Source: Eledone cirrhosa
Taxonomy: Eukaryota
Assembly (NCBI GenBank): GCA_964016885.1
Contig: OZ024741.1
Span: 271,002,001-271,066,000, forward strand
Length of the DNA stretch: 64,000 nucleotides
Direction of reading: 5' to 3'
The notes beneath the pieces were generated by a model. That model worked only from the letters and a program-made list of their open reading frames with translations, was not told where the DNA came from and did not search any database. The position numbers were made by a program, and so were the translations under genes. Within the stretch, counting starts at the first letter, position 1. Each line of letters starts with the position of its first letter. Positions 22,501-37,500 of this stretch are shown piece by piece.

Positions 22501-25500
22501 GCCTACACTATTGTAGCCTGTACTACTGTAGCCCGTACTCCTGTAGCCTGTACTACTGTAGCCTGTACTACTGTAGCCTGTCCTACTGTAGCCTGTCCTA
22601 CTGTAGCCTCTACTACTGTAGCCTGTACTACTGTAGCCTGTACTACTGTAGCCTACACTACTGTAGCCTGTACTACTGTAGCCTGTCCTACTTTTCCTGT
22701 CCTACTGTAGCCTACACTAGTGTAGACTGTACTACTCGAGCCTGTACTACTGTAGCCTGTACTACTGTAGCCTGTCCTACTGTAGCCTGCCCTACTGTAG
22801 CCTGTACTACTGTAGCCTGTCCTACTGTAGCCTGTCCTACTGTAGCCTGTCCTACTGTAGCCTGCCCTACTGTAGCCTACCCTACTGTAGCCTGTCCTAC
22901 TGTAGCCTGTACTACTGTAGCCTACACTACTGTAGTCTGTACTACTGTAGCCTGTCCTACTGTAGCCTGTCCTACCGTAGCCTGTCCTACTGTAGCCTGC
23001 CCTACTGTAGCCTACACTACTGTAGCCTGTCCTACTATAGCCTGCCCTACTGTAGCCTGTACTACTGTAGCCTGTCCTACTGTAGCCTGCCCTACTGTAG
23101 CCTACACTACTGTAGCCTGTCCTACTGTAGCCTACACTAGTGTAGTCTGTACTACTGTAGCCTGTCCTACTGTAGCCTGTCCTACCGTAGCCTGTCCTAC
23201 TGTAGCCTGTCCTACTGTAGCCTGTACTACTGTAGCCTGTCCTACTATAGCCTGCCCTACTATAGCCTGTACTACTGTAGCCTGTCCTACTGTGGCCTGT
23301 CCTACTGTAGCCTGTCCTACTGTAGCCTGTCCTACAGTAGACTGTACTACTGTAGCCTGTCCTACTGTAGCCTGTCCTACTGTAGCCTGTCCTACTGTAG
23401 CCTGTCCTACTGTAGCCTGTCCTACTGTAGCCTGTCCTACTGTAGCCTGTCCTACTGTAGCCTGTCCTACTATAGCCTGTCCTACTGTAGCCTACACTAC
23501 TGTAGCCTGCCCTACTGCAGCCTGTCCTACTGTAGCCTACCCTACTGTAGCCTGTACTACTGTAGCCTATACTGCTGTAGCCTACACTACTGTAGCCTGT
23601 CCTACTGTAGCCTGTCCTACTGTAGCCTGTCCTACTGTAGCCTGTCCTACTGTAGCCTGTCCTACTGTAGCCTGTACTACTGTAGCCTACCCTACTGTAG
23701 CCTACCATACTGTAGCCTGTAGTACTGCAGCCTGTCCTAGTGTAGCCTGTCCTACTGTAGCCTACCCTACTGTAGCCTGTACTACTGTAGCCTGTCCTAC
23801 TGTAGCCTGTCCTACTGTAGCCTGTACTACTGTAGCCTACCCTACTGTAGCCTGTACTACTGTAGCCCACCCTACTGTAGCCTGTCCTACTGAAACCTGT
23901 CCTACTGCAGCTGCCCTACTGTAGCCAGTACTACTGTAGCCTGCCCTACTGTAGCCTGCCCTACTCTAGCCTGTACTACTGCAGCCTGCCCTATTGTAGC
24001 CTGCACTACTGTAGCCTGTACTACTGTAGCCTGCCCTACTGTAGTGTGTACTACTGTAGCCTGTCCTACTGTAGCCTGTCCTACTGTAGCCTGTCCTACT
24101 GTAGCCTGTCCTACTGTAGCCTGTCCTACTGTAGCCTACCCTACTGTAGCCTGTCCTACTCTAGCCTGCCCTACTGTAGCCTACCCTACTGTAGCCTGTC
24201 CTACTGTAGCCTGTACTACTGTAGCCTGTCCTACTGTAGCCTGTCCTACTCTAGCCTGCCCTACTGTAGCCTGTACTACTGTAGCCTACACTATTGTAGC
24301 CTGTACTACTGTAGCCCGTACTACTGTAGCCTGTACTACTGTAGCCTGTCCTACTGTAGCCTGTCCTCTGTAGCCTCTACTACTGTAGCCTGTACTACTG
24401 TAGCCTGTACTACTGTAGCCTACACTACTGTAGCCTGTATTACTGTTGCCTGTCCTACTTTTCCTGTCCTACTGTAGCCTACACTAGTGTAGACTCTACT
24501 ACTATAGCCTGTACTACTGTAGCCTGTACTACTGTAGCCTGTCCTACTGTAGCCTGCCCTACTGTAGCCTGTACTACTGTAGCCTGTCCTACTGTAGCCT
24601 GTCCTACTGTAGCCTGTCCTACTGTAGCTTGCCCTACTGTAGCCTGTCCTACTGTAGCCTGTCCTACTGTAGCCTGTCCTACTGTAGCCTACACTACTGT
24701 AGTCTGTACTACTGTAGCCTGTCCTACTGTAGCCTGTCCTATCGTAGCCTGTCCTACTGTAGCCTGTACTACTGTAGCCTGTCCTACTGTAGCCTGCCCT
24801 ACTGTAGCCTACACTACTGTAGCCTGTCCTACTGTAGCCTACACTAGTGTAGTCTGTACTACTGTAGCCTGTCCTACTGTAGCCTGTCCTACTGTAGCCT
24901 GTCCTACTGTAGCCTGTCCTACTGTAGCCTGTCCTACCGTAGCCTGTCCTACTGTAGCCTGTACTACTGTAGACTGTACTACTGTAGCCTGTCCTACTGT
25001 AGCCTGTCCTACTGTAGCCTGTCCTACTGTAGCCTGTCCTACTGTAGACTGTACTACTGTAGCCTGTCCTACTGTAGCCTGTCCTACTGTAGCCTGTACT
25101 ACTGTAGCCTGACCTACTGTAGCCTGTCCTACTGTAGCCTGTCCTACTGTAGCCTGTCCTACTGTAGCCTGTCCTACTGTAGACTGTACTACTGTAGCCT
25201 GTCCTACTGTAGCCTGTCCTACTGTAGCCTGTACTACTGTAGCCTGACCTACTGTAGCCTGTCCTACTGTAGCCTGTCCTACTGTAGCCTGTCCTACTGT
25301 AGCCTGTCCTACTGTAGCCTACCCTACTGTAGCCTGTCCTACTGCAGCCTGTCCTACTGTAGCCTACACTACTGTAGCCTGTACTACTGTAGCCTGTCCT
25401 ACTGTAGCCTGTACTACTGTAGCCTACCCTACTGTAGCCTGTCCTACTGTAGCCTATACTGCTGTAGCCTACACTACTGTAGCCTGTCCTACTGTAGCCT

Positions 25501-28500
25501 GTCCTACTGTAGCCTACCCTACTGTAGCCTGTACTACTGTAGCCTGTCCTACTGTAGCCTGTCCTACTGTAGCCTACCCTACTGTAGCCTGTCCTACTGA
25601 AACCTGTCCTACTGTAGCCTGCCCTACTCTAGCCTGTACCACTGCAGCCTGCCATACTGTAGCCTGCACTACTGTAGCCTGTACTACTGTAGCCTGCCCT
25701 ACTGTAGTGTGTACTACTGTAGCCTGTCCTACTGTAGCCTGTCTTACTGTAGCCTGTCCTACTGTAGCCTGTCCTACTGTAGCCTGTCCTACTGTAGCCT
25801 ACCCTACTGTAGCCTGTCCTACTGTAGCCTATACTGCTGTAGCCTACACTACTGTAGCCTGTCCTACTGTAGCCTGTCCTACTGTAGCCTGTCCTACTGT
25901 AGCCTGTCCTACTGTAGCCTGTCCTACTGTAGCCTACCCTACTGTAGCCTGTACTACTGTAGCCTGTCCTACTGTAGCCTGTCTAACTGTAGCCTACCCT
26001 ACTGTAGCCTGCCCTACTCTAGCCTGTACTACTGCAGCCTGCCCTACTGCAGCTGCCCTACTGTAGCCTGTACTAATGTAGCCTGCCCTACTGTAGCCTG
26101 CCCTACTCTAGCCTGTACTACTGCAGCCTGCCCTACTGTAGCCTGCACTACTGTAGCCTGTACTACTGTAGCCTGCCCTACTGTAGTGTGTACTACTGTA
26201 GCCTGTCCTACTGCAGCCTGCCCTACTGTAGACTCTACTACTGTAGCCTGTCCTACTGTAGCCTACCCTACTGTAGCCTGTCCTACTGTAGCCTATCCTA
26301 CTGGAGCCTGCCCTACTGTAGCCTATCCTACTGTAGCCTGTACTACTGTAGCCTACCCTACTGTAACCTGTCCTACTGTAGCCCACCCTACTGTAGCATG
26401 TCCTACTTTAGCTTACACTACTGCAGCCTGTCCTACTGTAGCCCACCCTACTGTAGCATGTCCTACTGTAGCTTACACTACTGTAGCCTACCCTACTGTA
26501 GCCTTTCCTACTGTAGCCTGTCCTACTGTAGCCGGCGCTACTGTAGCCTATCCTACTGTAGGATGTACTACTGTAGCCTACCCTACTGTAACCTGTCCTA
26601 CTGTAGCCCACCCTACTGTAGCATGTCCTACTGTAGCTTACACTACTGCAGCCTGCCCTACTGTAGCCTGTACTACTGTAGCCTGTCCTACTGTAGCCCA
26701 CCCTACTGTAGCATGTCCTACTGTAGCTTACACTACTGCAGCCTGCCCTACTGTAGCCTGTACTACTGTAGCCTGTCCTACTGTAGCCTACCCTACTGTA
26801 GCCTGTACTACTGTAGCCTGTCCTACCGTAGCCTGTCCTACTGTAGCCTGTCCTACTGTAGCCTGCCCTACTGTAGCCTACCCTACTGTAGCCTGTCCTA
26901 CTGTAGCCTGTACTACTGTAGCCTACACTACTGTAGTCTGTACTACTGTAGCCTGTCCTACTGTAGCCTGTCCTACCGTAGCCTGTCCTACTGTAGCCTG
27001 CCCTACTGTAGCCTACACTACTGTAGCCTGTCCTACTATAGCCTGCCCTACTGTAGCCTGTACTACTGTAGCCTGTCCTACTGTAGCCTGCCCTACTGTA
27101 TCCTACACTACTGTAGCCTGTCCTACTGTAGCCTACACTAGTGTAGTCTGTACTACTGTAGCCTGTCCTACTGTAGCCTGTCCTACCGTAGCCTCCCCTA
27201 CTGTAGCCTGTCCTACTATAGCCTGTCCTACTGTAGCCTACACTACTGTAGCCTGCCCTACTGCAGCCTGTCCTACTGTAGCCTACCCTACTGTAGCCTG
27301 TACTACTGTAGCCTATACTGCTGTAGCCTACACTACTGTAGCCTGTCCTACTGTAGCCTGTCCTACTGTAGCCTGTCCTACTGTAGCCTGTCCTACTGTA
27401 GCCTGTCCTACTGTAGCCTGTACTACTGTAGCCTACCCTACTGTAGCCTACCATACTGTAGCCTGTAGTACTGCAGCCTGTCCTAGTGTAGCCTGTCCTA
27501 CTGTAGCCTACCCTACTGTAGCCTGTACTACTGTAGCCTGTCCTACTGTAGCCTGTCCTACTGTAGCCTGTACTACTGTAGCCTACCCTACTGTAGCCTG
27601 TACTACTGTAGCCCACCCTACTGTAGCCTGTCCTACTGAAACCTGTCCTACTGCAGCTGCCCTACTGTAGCCAGTACTACTGTAGCCTGCCCTACTGTAG
27701 CCTGCCCTACTCTAGCCTGTACTACTGCAGCCTGCCCTATTGTAGCCTGCACTACTGTAGCCTGTACTACTGTAGCCTGCCCTACTGTAGTGTGTACTAC
27801 TGTAGCCTGTCCTACTGTAGCCTGTCCTACTGTAGCCTGTCCTACTGTAGCCTGTCCTACTGTAGCCTGTCCTACTGTAGCCTACCCTACTGTAGCCTGT
27901 CCTACTCTAGCCTGCCCTACTGTAGCCTACCCTACTGTAGCCTGTCCTACTGTAGCCTGTACTACTGTAGCCTGTCCTACTGTAGCCTGTCCTACTCTAG
28001 CCTGCCCTACTGTAGCCTGTACTACTGTAGCCTACACTATTGTAGCCTGTACTACTGTAGCCCGTACTACTGTAGCCTGTACTACTGTAGCCTGTCCTAC
28101 TGTAGCCTGTCCTCTGTAGCCTCTACTACTGTAGCCTGTACTACTGTAGCCTGTACTACTGTAGCCTACACTACTGTAGCCTGTATTACTGTAGCCTGTC
28201 CTACTTTTCCTGTCCTACTGTAGCCTACACTAGTGTAGACTCTACTACTATAGCCTGTACTACTGTAGCCTGTACTACTGTAGCCTGTCCTACTGTAGCC
28301 TGCCCTACTGTAGCCTGTACTACTGTAGCCTGTCCTACTGTAGCCTGTCCTACTGTAGCCTGTCCTACTGTAGCTTGCCCTACTGTAGCCTGTCCTACTG
28401 TAGCCTGTCCTACTGTAGCCTGTCCTACTGTAGCCTACACTACTGTAGTCTGTACTACTGTAGCCTGTCCTACTGTAGCCTGTCCTATCGTAGCCTGTCC

Positions 28501-31500
28501 TACTGTAGCCTGTACTACTGTAGCCTGTCCTACTGTAGCCTGCCCTACTGTAGCCTACACTACTGTAGCCTGTCCTACTGTAGCCTACACTAGTGTAGTC
28601 TGTACTACTGTAGCCTGTCCTACTGTAGCCTGTCCTACTGTAGCCTGTCCTACTGTAGCCTGTCCTACTGTAGCCTGTCCTACCGTAGCCTGTCCTACTG
28701 TAGCCTGTACTACTGTAGACTGTACTACTGTAGCCTGTCCTACTGTAGCCTGTCCTACTGTAGCCTGTCCTACTGTAGCCTGTCCTACTGTAGACTGTAC
28801 TACTGTAGCCTGTCCTACTGTAGCCTGTCCTACTGTAGCCTGTACTACTGTAGCCTGACCTACTGTAGCCTGTCCTACTGTAGCCTGTCCTACTGTAGCC
28901 TGTCCTACTGTAGCCTGTCCTACTGTAGACTGTACTACTGTAGCCTGTCCTACTGTAGCCTGTCCTACTGTAGCCTGTACTACTGTAGCCTGACCTACTG
29001 TAGCCTGTCCTACTGTAGCCTGTCCTACTGTAGCCTGTCCTACTGTAGCCTGTCCTACTGTAGCCTACCCTACTGTAGCCTGTCCTACTGCAGCCTGTCC
29101 TACTGTAGCCTACACTACTGTAGCCTGTACTACTGTAGCCTGTCCTACTGTAGCCTGTACTACTGTAGCCTACCCTACTGTAGCCTGTCCTACTGTAGCC
29201 TATACTGCTGTAGCCTACACTACTGTAGCCTGTCCTACTGTAGCCTGTCCTACTGTAGCCTACCCTACTGTAGCCTGTACTACTGTAGCCTGTCCTACTG
29301 TAGCCTGTCCTACTGTAGCCTACCCTACTGTAGCCTGTCCTACTGAAACCTGTCCTACTGTAGCCTGCCCTACTCTAGCCTGTACCACTGCAGCCTGCCC
29401 TACTGTAGCCTGCACTACTGTAGCCTGTACTACTGTAGCCTGCCCTACTGTAGTGTGTACTACTGTAGCCTGTCCTACTGTAGCCTGTCTTACTGTAGCC
29501 TGTCCTACTGTAGCCTGTCCTACTGTAGCCTGTCCTACTGTAGCCTACCCTACTGTAGCCTGTCCTACTGTAGCCTATACTGCTGTAGCCTACACTACTG
29601 TAGCCTGTCCTACTGTAGCCTGTCCTACTGTAGCCTGTCCTACTGTAGCCTGTCCTACTGTAGCCTGTCCTACTGTAGCCTACCCTACTGTAGCCTGTAC
29701 TACTGTAGCCTGTCCTACTGTAGCCTGTCTAACTGTAGCCTACCCTACTGTAGCCTGCCCTACTCTAGCCTGTACTACTGCAGCCTGCCCTACTGCAGCT
29801 GCCCTACTGTAGCCTGTACTAATGTAGCCTGCCCTACTGTAGCCTGCCCTACTCTAGCCTGTACTACTGCAGCCTGCCCTACTGTAGCCTGCACTACTGT
29901 AGCCTGTACTACTGTAGCCTGCCCTACTGTAGTGTGTACTACTGTAGCCTGTCCTACTGCAGCCTGCCCTACTGTAGACTCTACTACTGTAGCCTGTCCT
30001 ACTGTAGCCTACCCTACTGTAGCCTGTCCTACTGTAGCCTATCCTACTGGAGCCTGCCCTACTGTAGCCTATCCTACTGTAGCCTGTACTACTGTAGCCT
30101 ACCCTACTGTAACCTGTCCTACTGTAGCCCACCCTACTGTAGCATGTCCTACTTTAGCTTACACTACTGCAGCCTGTCCTACTGTAGCCCACCCTACTGT
30201 AGCATGTCCTACTGTAGCTTACACTACTGTAGCCTACCCTACTGTAGCCTTTCCTACTGTAGCCTGTCCTACTGTAGCCGGCGCTACTGTAGCCTATCCT
30301 ACTGTAGGATGTACTACTGTAGCCTACCCTACTGTAACCTGTCCTACTGTAGCCCACCCTACTGTAGCATGTCCTACTGTAGCTTACACTACTGCAGCCT
30401 GCCCTACTGTAGCCTGTACTACTGTAGCCTGTCCTACTGTAGCCCACCCTACTGTAGCATGTCCTACTGTAGCTTACACTACTGCAGCCTGCCCTACTGT
30501 AGCCTGTACTACTGTAGCCTGTCCTACTGTAGCCTACCCTACTGTAGCCTGTACTACTGTAGCCTGTCCTACCGTAGCCTGTCCTACTGTAGCCTGTCCT
30601 ACTGTAGCCTGCCCTACTGTAGCCTACCCTACTGTAGCCTGTCCTACTGTAGCCTGTACTACTGTAGCCTACACTACTGTAGTCTGTACTACTGTAGCCT
30701 GTCCTACTGTAGCCTGTCCTACCGTAGCCTGTCCTACTGTAGCCTGCCCTACTGTAGCCTACACTACTGTAGCCTGTCCTACTATAGCCTGCCCTACTGT
30801 AGCCTGTACTACTGTAGCCTGTCCTACTGTAGCCTGCCCTACTGTATCCTACACTACTGTAGCCTGTCCTACTGTAGCCTACACTAGTGTAGTCTGTACT
30901 ACTGTAGCCTGTCCTACTGTAGCCTGTCCTACCGTAGCCTGTCCTACTGTAGCCTGTCCTACTGTAGCCTGTACTACTGTAGCCTGTCCTACTATAGCCT
31001 GCCCTACTGTAGCCTGTACTACTGTAGCCTGTCCTACTGTGGCCTGTCCTACTGTAGCCTGTCCTACTGTAGCCTGTCCTACAGTAGACTGTACTACTGT
31101 AGCCTGTCCTACTGTAGCCTGTCCTACTGTAGCCTGTCCTACTGTAGCCTGTCCTACTGTAGCCTGTCCTACTGTAGCCTGTCCTACTGTAGCCTGTCCT
31201 ACTGTAGCCTCCCCTACTGTAGCCTGTCCTACTATAGCCTGTCCTACTGTAGCCTACACTAGTGTAGCCTGCCCTACTGCAGCCTGTCCTACTGTAGCCT
31301 ACCCTACTGTAGCCTGTACTACTGTAGCCTATACTGCTGTAGCCTACACTACTGTAGCCTGTCCTACTGTAGCCTGTCCTACTGTAGCCTGTCCTACTGT
31401 AGCCTGTCCTACTGTAGCCTGTCCTACTGTAGCCTGTACTACTGTAGCCTACCCTACTGTAGCCTACCATACTGTAGCCTGTAGTACTGCAGCCTGTCCT

Positions 31501-34500
31501 AGTGTAGCCTGTCCTACTGTAGCCTACCCTACTGTAGCCTGTACTACTGTAGCCTGTCCTACTGTAGCCTGTCCTACTGTAGCCTGTACTACTGTAGCCT
31601 ACCCTACTGTAGCCTGTACTACTGTAGCCCACCCTACTGTAGCCTGTCCTACTGAAACCTGTCCTACTGCAGCTGCCCTACTGTAGCCAGTACTACTGTA
31701 GCCTGCCCTACTGTAGCCTGCCCTACTCTAGCCTGTACTACTGCAGCCTGCCCTACTGTAGCCTGCACTACTGTAGCCTGTACTACTGTAGCCTGCCCTA
31801 CTGTAGTGTGTACTACTGTAGCCTGTCCTACTGTAGCCTGTCCTACTGTAGCCTGTCCAACTGTAGCCTGTCCTACTGTAGACTGTCCTACTGTAGCCTA
31901 CCCTACTGTAGCCTGTCCTACTCTAGCCTGCCCTACTGTAGCCTACCCTACTGTAGCCTGTCCTACTGTAGCCTGTACTACTGTAGCCTGTCCTACTGTA
32001 GCCTGTCCTACTCTAGCCTGCCCTACTGTAGCCTGTACTACTGTAGCCTACACTATTGTAGCCTGTACTACTGTAGCCCGTACTACTGTAGCCTGTACTA
32101 CTGTAGCCTGTACTACTGTAGCCTGTCCTACTGTAGCCTGTCCTCTGTAGCCTCTACTACTGTAGCCTGTACTACTGTAGCCTGTACTACTGTAGCCTAC
32201 ACTACTGTAGCCTGTATTACTGTAGCCTGTCCTACTTTTCCTGTCCTACTGTAGCCTACACTAGTGTAGACTCTACTACTATAGCCTGTACTACTGTAGC
32301 CTGTACTACTGTAGCCTGTCCTACTGTAGCCTGCCCTACTGTAGCCTGTACTACTGTAGCCTGTCCTACTGTAGCCTGTCCTACTGTAGCCTGTCCTACT
32401 GTAGCCTGCCCTACTGTAGCCTGTCCTACTGTAGCCTGTCCTACTGTAGCCTGTCCTACTGTAGCCTACACTACTGTAGTCTGTACTACTGTAGCCTGTC
32501 CTACTGTAGCCTGTCCTATCGTAGCCTGTCCTACTGTAGCCTGTACTACTGTAGCCTGTCCTACTGTAGCCTGCCCTACTGTAGCCTACACTACTGTAGC
32601 CTGTCCTACTGTAGCCTACACTAGTGTAGTCTGTACTACTGTAGCCTGTCCTACTGTAGCCTGTCCTACTGTAGCCTGTTCTTCTGTAGCCTGTCCTACT
32701 GTAGCCTGTCCTACCGTAGCCTGTCCTACTGTAGCCTGTACTACTGTAGACTGTACTACTGTAGCCTGTCCTACTGTAGCCTGTCCTACTGTAGCCTGTC
32801 CTACTGTAGCCTGTCCTACTGTAGACTGTACTACTGTAGCCTGTCCTACTGTAGCCTGTCCTACTGTAGCCTGTACTACTGTAGCCTGACCTACTGTAGC
32901 CTGTCCTACTGTAGCCTGTCCTACTGTAGCCTGTCCTACTGTAGCCTGTCCTACTGTAGACTGTACTACTGTAGCCTGTCCTACTGTAGCCTGTCCTACT
33001 GTAGCCTGTACTACTGTAGCCTGACCTACTGTAGCCTGTCCTACTGTAGCCTGTCCTACTGTAGCCTGTCCTACTGTAGCCTGTCCTACTGTAGCCTACC
33101 CTACTGTAGCCTGTCCTACTGCAGCCTGTCCTACTGTAGCCTACACTACTGTAGCCTGTACTACTGTAGCCTGTCCTACTGTAGCCTGTACTACTGTAGC
33201 CTACCCTACTGTAGCCTGTCCTACTGTAGCCTATACTGCTGTAGCCTACACTACTGTAGCCTTTCCTACTGTAGCCTGTCCTACTGTAGCCTACCCTACT
33301 GTAGCCTGTACTACTGTAGCCTGTCCTACTGTAGCCTGTCCTACTGTAGCCTACCCTACTGTAGCCTGTCCTACTGAAACCTGTCCTACTGTAGCCTGCC
33401 CTACTCTAGCCTGTACCACTGCAGCCTGCCCTAATGTAGCCTGCACTACTGTAGCCTGTACTACTGTAGCCTGCCCTACTGTAGTGTGTACTACTGTAGC
33501 CTGTCCTACTGTAGCCTGTCTTACTGTAGCCTGTCCTACTGTAGCCTGTCCTACTGTAGCCTGTCCTACTGTAGCCTACCCTACTGTAGCCTGTCCTACT
33601 GTAGCCTATACTGCTGTAGCCTACACTACTGTAGCCTGTCCTACTGTAGCCTGTCCTACTGTAGCCTGTCCTACTGTAGCCTGTCCTACTGTAGCCTGTC
33701 CTACTGTAGCCTACCCTACTGTAGCCTGTACTACTGTAGCCTGTCCTACTGTAGCCTGTCTAACTGTAGCCTACCCTACTGTAGCCTGCCCTACTCTAGC
33801 CTGTACTACTGCAGCCTGCCCTACTGCAGCTGCCCTACTGTAGCCTGTACTACTGTAGCCTGCCCTACTGTAGCCTGCCCTACTCTAGCCTGTACTACTT
33901 CAGCCTGCCCTACTGTAGCCTGCACTACTGTAGCCTGTACTACTGTAGCCTGCCCTACTGTAGTGTGTACTACTGTAGCCTGTCCTACTGCAGCCTGCCC
34001 TACTGTAGACTCTACTACTGTAGCCTGTCCTACTGTAGCCTACCCTACTGTAGCCTGTCCTACTGTAGCCTATCCTACTGGAGCCTGCCCTACTGTAGCC
34101 TATCCTACTGTAGCCTGTACTACTGTAGCCTACCCTACTGTAACCTGTCCTACTGTAGCCCACCCTACTGTAGCATGTCCTACTTTAGCTTACACTACTG
34201 CAGCCTGTCCTACTGTAGCCCACCCTACTGTAGCATGTCCTACTGTAGCTTACACTACTGTAGCCTACCCTACTGTAGCCTTTCCTACTGTAGCCTGTCC
34301 TACTGTAGCCGGCCCTACTGTAGCCTATCCTACTGTAGGATGTACTACTGTAGCCTACCCTACTGTAACCTGTCCTACTGTAGCCCACCCTACTGTAGCA
34401 TGTCCTACTGTAGCTTACACTACTGCAGCCTGCCCTACTGTAGCCTGTACTACTGTAGCCTGTCCTACTGTAGCCTACCCTACTGTAGCCTTTCCTACTC

Positions 34501-37500
34501 TAGCCTGCCCTACTGTAGCCTACCCTACTGTAGCCTGTCCTACTGTAGCCTGTCCTACTCGAGCCTGCCCTACTCTAGCCTATCCTACTGTAGCCTGTAC
34601 TACTGTAGCCTACCCTACTGTAACCTGTCCTACTGTAGCCCACCCTACTGTAGCATGTCCTACTGTAGCTTACACTACTGTGGCCTGCACTACTGTAGCC
34701 TGTACTACTGTAGCCTGCCCTATTGTAGTGTGTACTACTGTAGCCTGTCCTACTGTAGCCTGTCCTACTGTAGCCTGTACTACTGTAGCCTGTTCTACTG
34801 TAGCCTGTCCTACTGTAGCATGTCCTACTGTAGCCTACACTATTGTAGCCTGTACTACTGTAGCCCGTACTACTGTAGCCTGTACTACTGTAGCCTGTAC
34901 TACTGTAGCCTGCCCTACTGTAGCCTGTCCTACTGTAGCCTGTACTACTCTAGCCTGCCTTACTGTACCCTGCACTACTGTAGCCTGTCCTACTGTAGCC
35001 TGTACTACTGTAGCATGCCCTACTGTAGCCTGTACTACTGTAGCCTGTACTACTGTAGCCTGCCCTACTGTAGCTTGTCATACTGTAGCCTGTCCTACTG
35101 TAGCCTGTTTTACTGTAGCCTGTACTACTGTAGCGTGCCCTACTGTAGATTGCCCTACTGTAGCCTGTACTACTGTAGCCTGTCCTACTGTATCGTCTAC
35201 TACTATAGCCTGCCCTAGTGTAGCCTGTACTGCTGTAGCCTGTCCTACTGTAGCCTACCCTACTCTAGCCTGTCCTACTGTAGCCTATACTGTTGTCGCC
35301 TACACTACTGTAGACTGTCCTACTGTAGCCTGTACTACTGTAGCCTGCCCTACTGTAGCCTGCCCTACTGTAGCCTGTACTACTGTAGCCTGCCCTACTG
35401 TAGCCTGTACTACTGTAGCCTGTACTACTGTAGCCTGCCCTACTGTAGCCTGTCCTACTGTAGCCTGTACTACTGTAGCATGCCCTACTGTAGCCTGTAC
35501 TACTGTAGCCTGTACTACTGTAGCCTGCCCTACTGTAGCTTTCATACTGTAGCCTGTCCTACTGTAGCCTGTTTTACTGTAGCCTGTACTACTGTAGCGT
35601 GCCCTACTGTAGCCTGTACTACTGTAGCCTGTCCTACTGTAGCCTGTCGTACTGTAGCCTGTACTACAGTAGCCTTTACTACTGTAGCCTACACTAGTGT
35701 AGCCTGTCCTACTGTAGCTGTCCTACTGTAGCCTGTACTACTGTAGCCTGTCCTACTGTAGCCTGTACTACAGTAGCCTTTACTACTGTAGCCTACACTA
35801 GTGTAGCCTGTCCTACTGTAGCTGTCCTACTGTAGCCTACACTAGTGTAGCTGTCCTACTGTAGCCTGTACTACTGTAGCCTGTCCTACTGTAGCCTACA
35901 CTAGTGTAGCTGTCCTACTGTAGCCTGTACTACTGTAGCCTGTCCTAGTGTAGCCTGTACTACTGTAGCCTGTCCTACTGTAGCCTACACTAGTGTAGCC
36001 TGTCGTACTGTAGCCTACACTAGTGTAGCCTGTACTACTGTAGCCTGTACTACTGTAGCCTACCTTACTGTAGACTGTCCTACTGTAACCTGTACTGCTG
36101 TAGCCTGTACTACTGCAGCCTGTACTACTGTAGCCTACCCTACTGTAGCCTGTACTACTGTAGCCTGTCCTACTGTAGCCTACACTAGTGTAGCCTGTCC
36201 TACTGTAGCCTACACTAGTGTAGCCTGTACTACTGTAGCCTGTACTACTGTAGCCTACCTTACTGTAGACTGTCCTACTGTAACCTGTACTGCTGTAGCC
36301 TGTACTACTGCAGCCTGTACTACTGTAGCCTACCCTACTGTAGCCTGTACTACTGTAGCCTGTCCTACTGTAGCCTGTCCTACTGTAGCCTACCCTACTG
36401 TAGCCTGCCCTACTGTAGCCTGTCCTACTGTAACCTGTACTGCTGTAGCCTGTACTACTGCAGCCTGTACTACTGTAGCCTGTCCTAGTGTAGCCTGTCC
36501 TACTGTAGCCTGTACTACTGTAGCCTGTCCTACTGTAGCCTGTACTACTGTAGCCTGCCCTACTGTAGCCTGTCCTACTGTAGCCTGTACTACTGTAGCC
36601 TGTCCTACTGTAGCCTGTACTACTGTAGCCTGCCCTACTGTAGCCTGTCCTACTGTAGCCTGTACTACTGTAGCCTGTCCTACTGTAGCCTACCCTACTG
36701 TAGCCTACCCTACTGTAGCCTACCCTACTGTAGCCTGTCCTACTGTAGCCTGTACTACTGTAGCCTACCCTACTGTAGCCTGTACTACTGCAGCCTGTCC
36801 TACTGTAGCCTACACTACTGTAGCCTACCCTACTGTAGCCTGTCCTACTGTAGCCTACCCTACTGTAACCTGTACTGCTGTAGCCTGTATTACTGCAGCC
36901 TGTACTACTGTAGCCTTTTCTACTGTAGCCTGTACTACTGCAGCCTGTTCTACTGTAGCCTGTACTACTGTAGCCTGTCCTACTGTAGCCTGTACTACTG
37001 TAGCCTGTCCTACTGTAGCCTGTACTACTGTAGCCTGTACTACTGTAGCCTACCCTACTGTAGCCTGTACTACTGTAGCCTGCCCTACAGTAGCCTGTAC
37101 TACTGTAGCCTACCCTACTGTAGCCTGTCCTACTGTAGCCTGCCCTACTTTAGCCTGTACTACTGTAGCCTGTCCTACTGTAGCCTACCCTACTGTAGCC
37201 TGTACTACTGTAGCCTGTACTACTGTAGCCTGTCCTACTGTAGTCTACCCTACTGTAGCCTGTACTACTGTAGCCTGTACTACTGTAGCCTGCCCTACTC
37301 TAGCCTGTCCTACTGTAGCCTGTACTACTGTTGCCTACTCTACTGTAGCCTGTCCTACCGTAGCCTGCCCTACTGTAGCCTGTACTACTGTAGCCTGTAC
37401 TACTGTAGCCTACCCTACTGTAGCCTGTCCTACTGTAGCCTGCCCTACTGTAGCCTGTACTACTGTAGCCTGTACTACTGTAGCCTACTCTACTGTAGCC

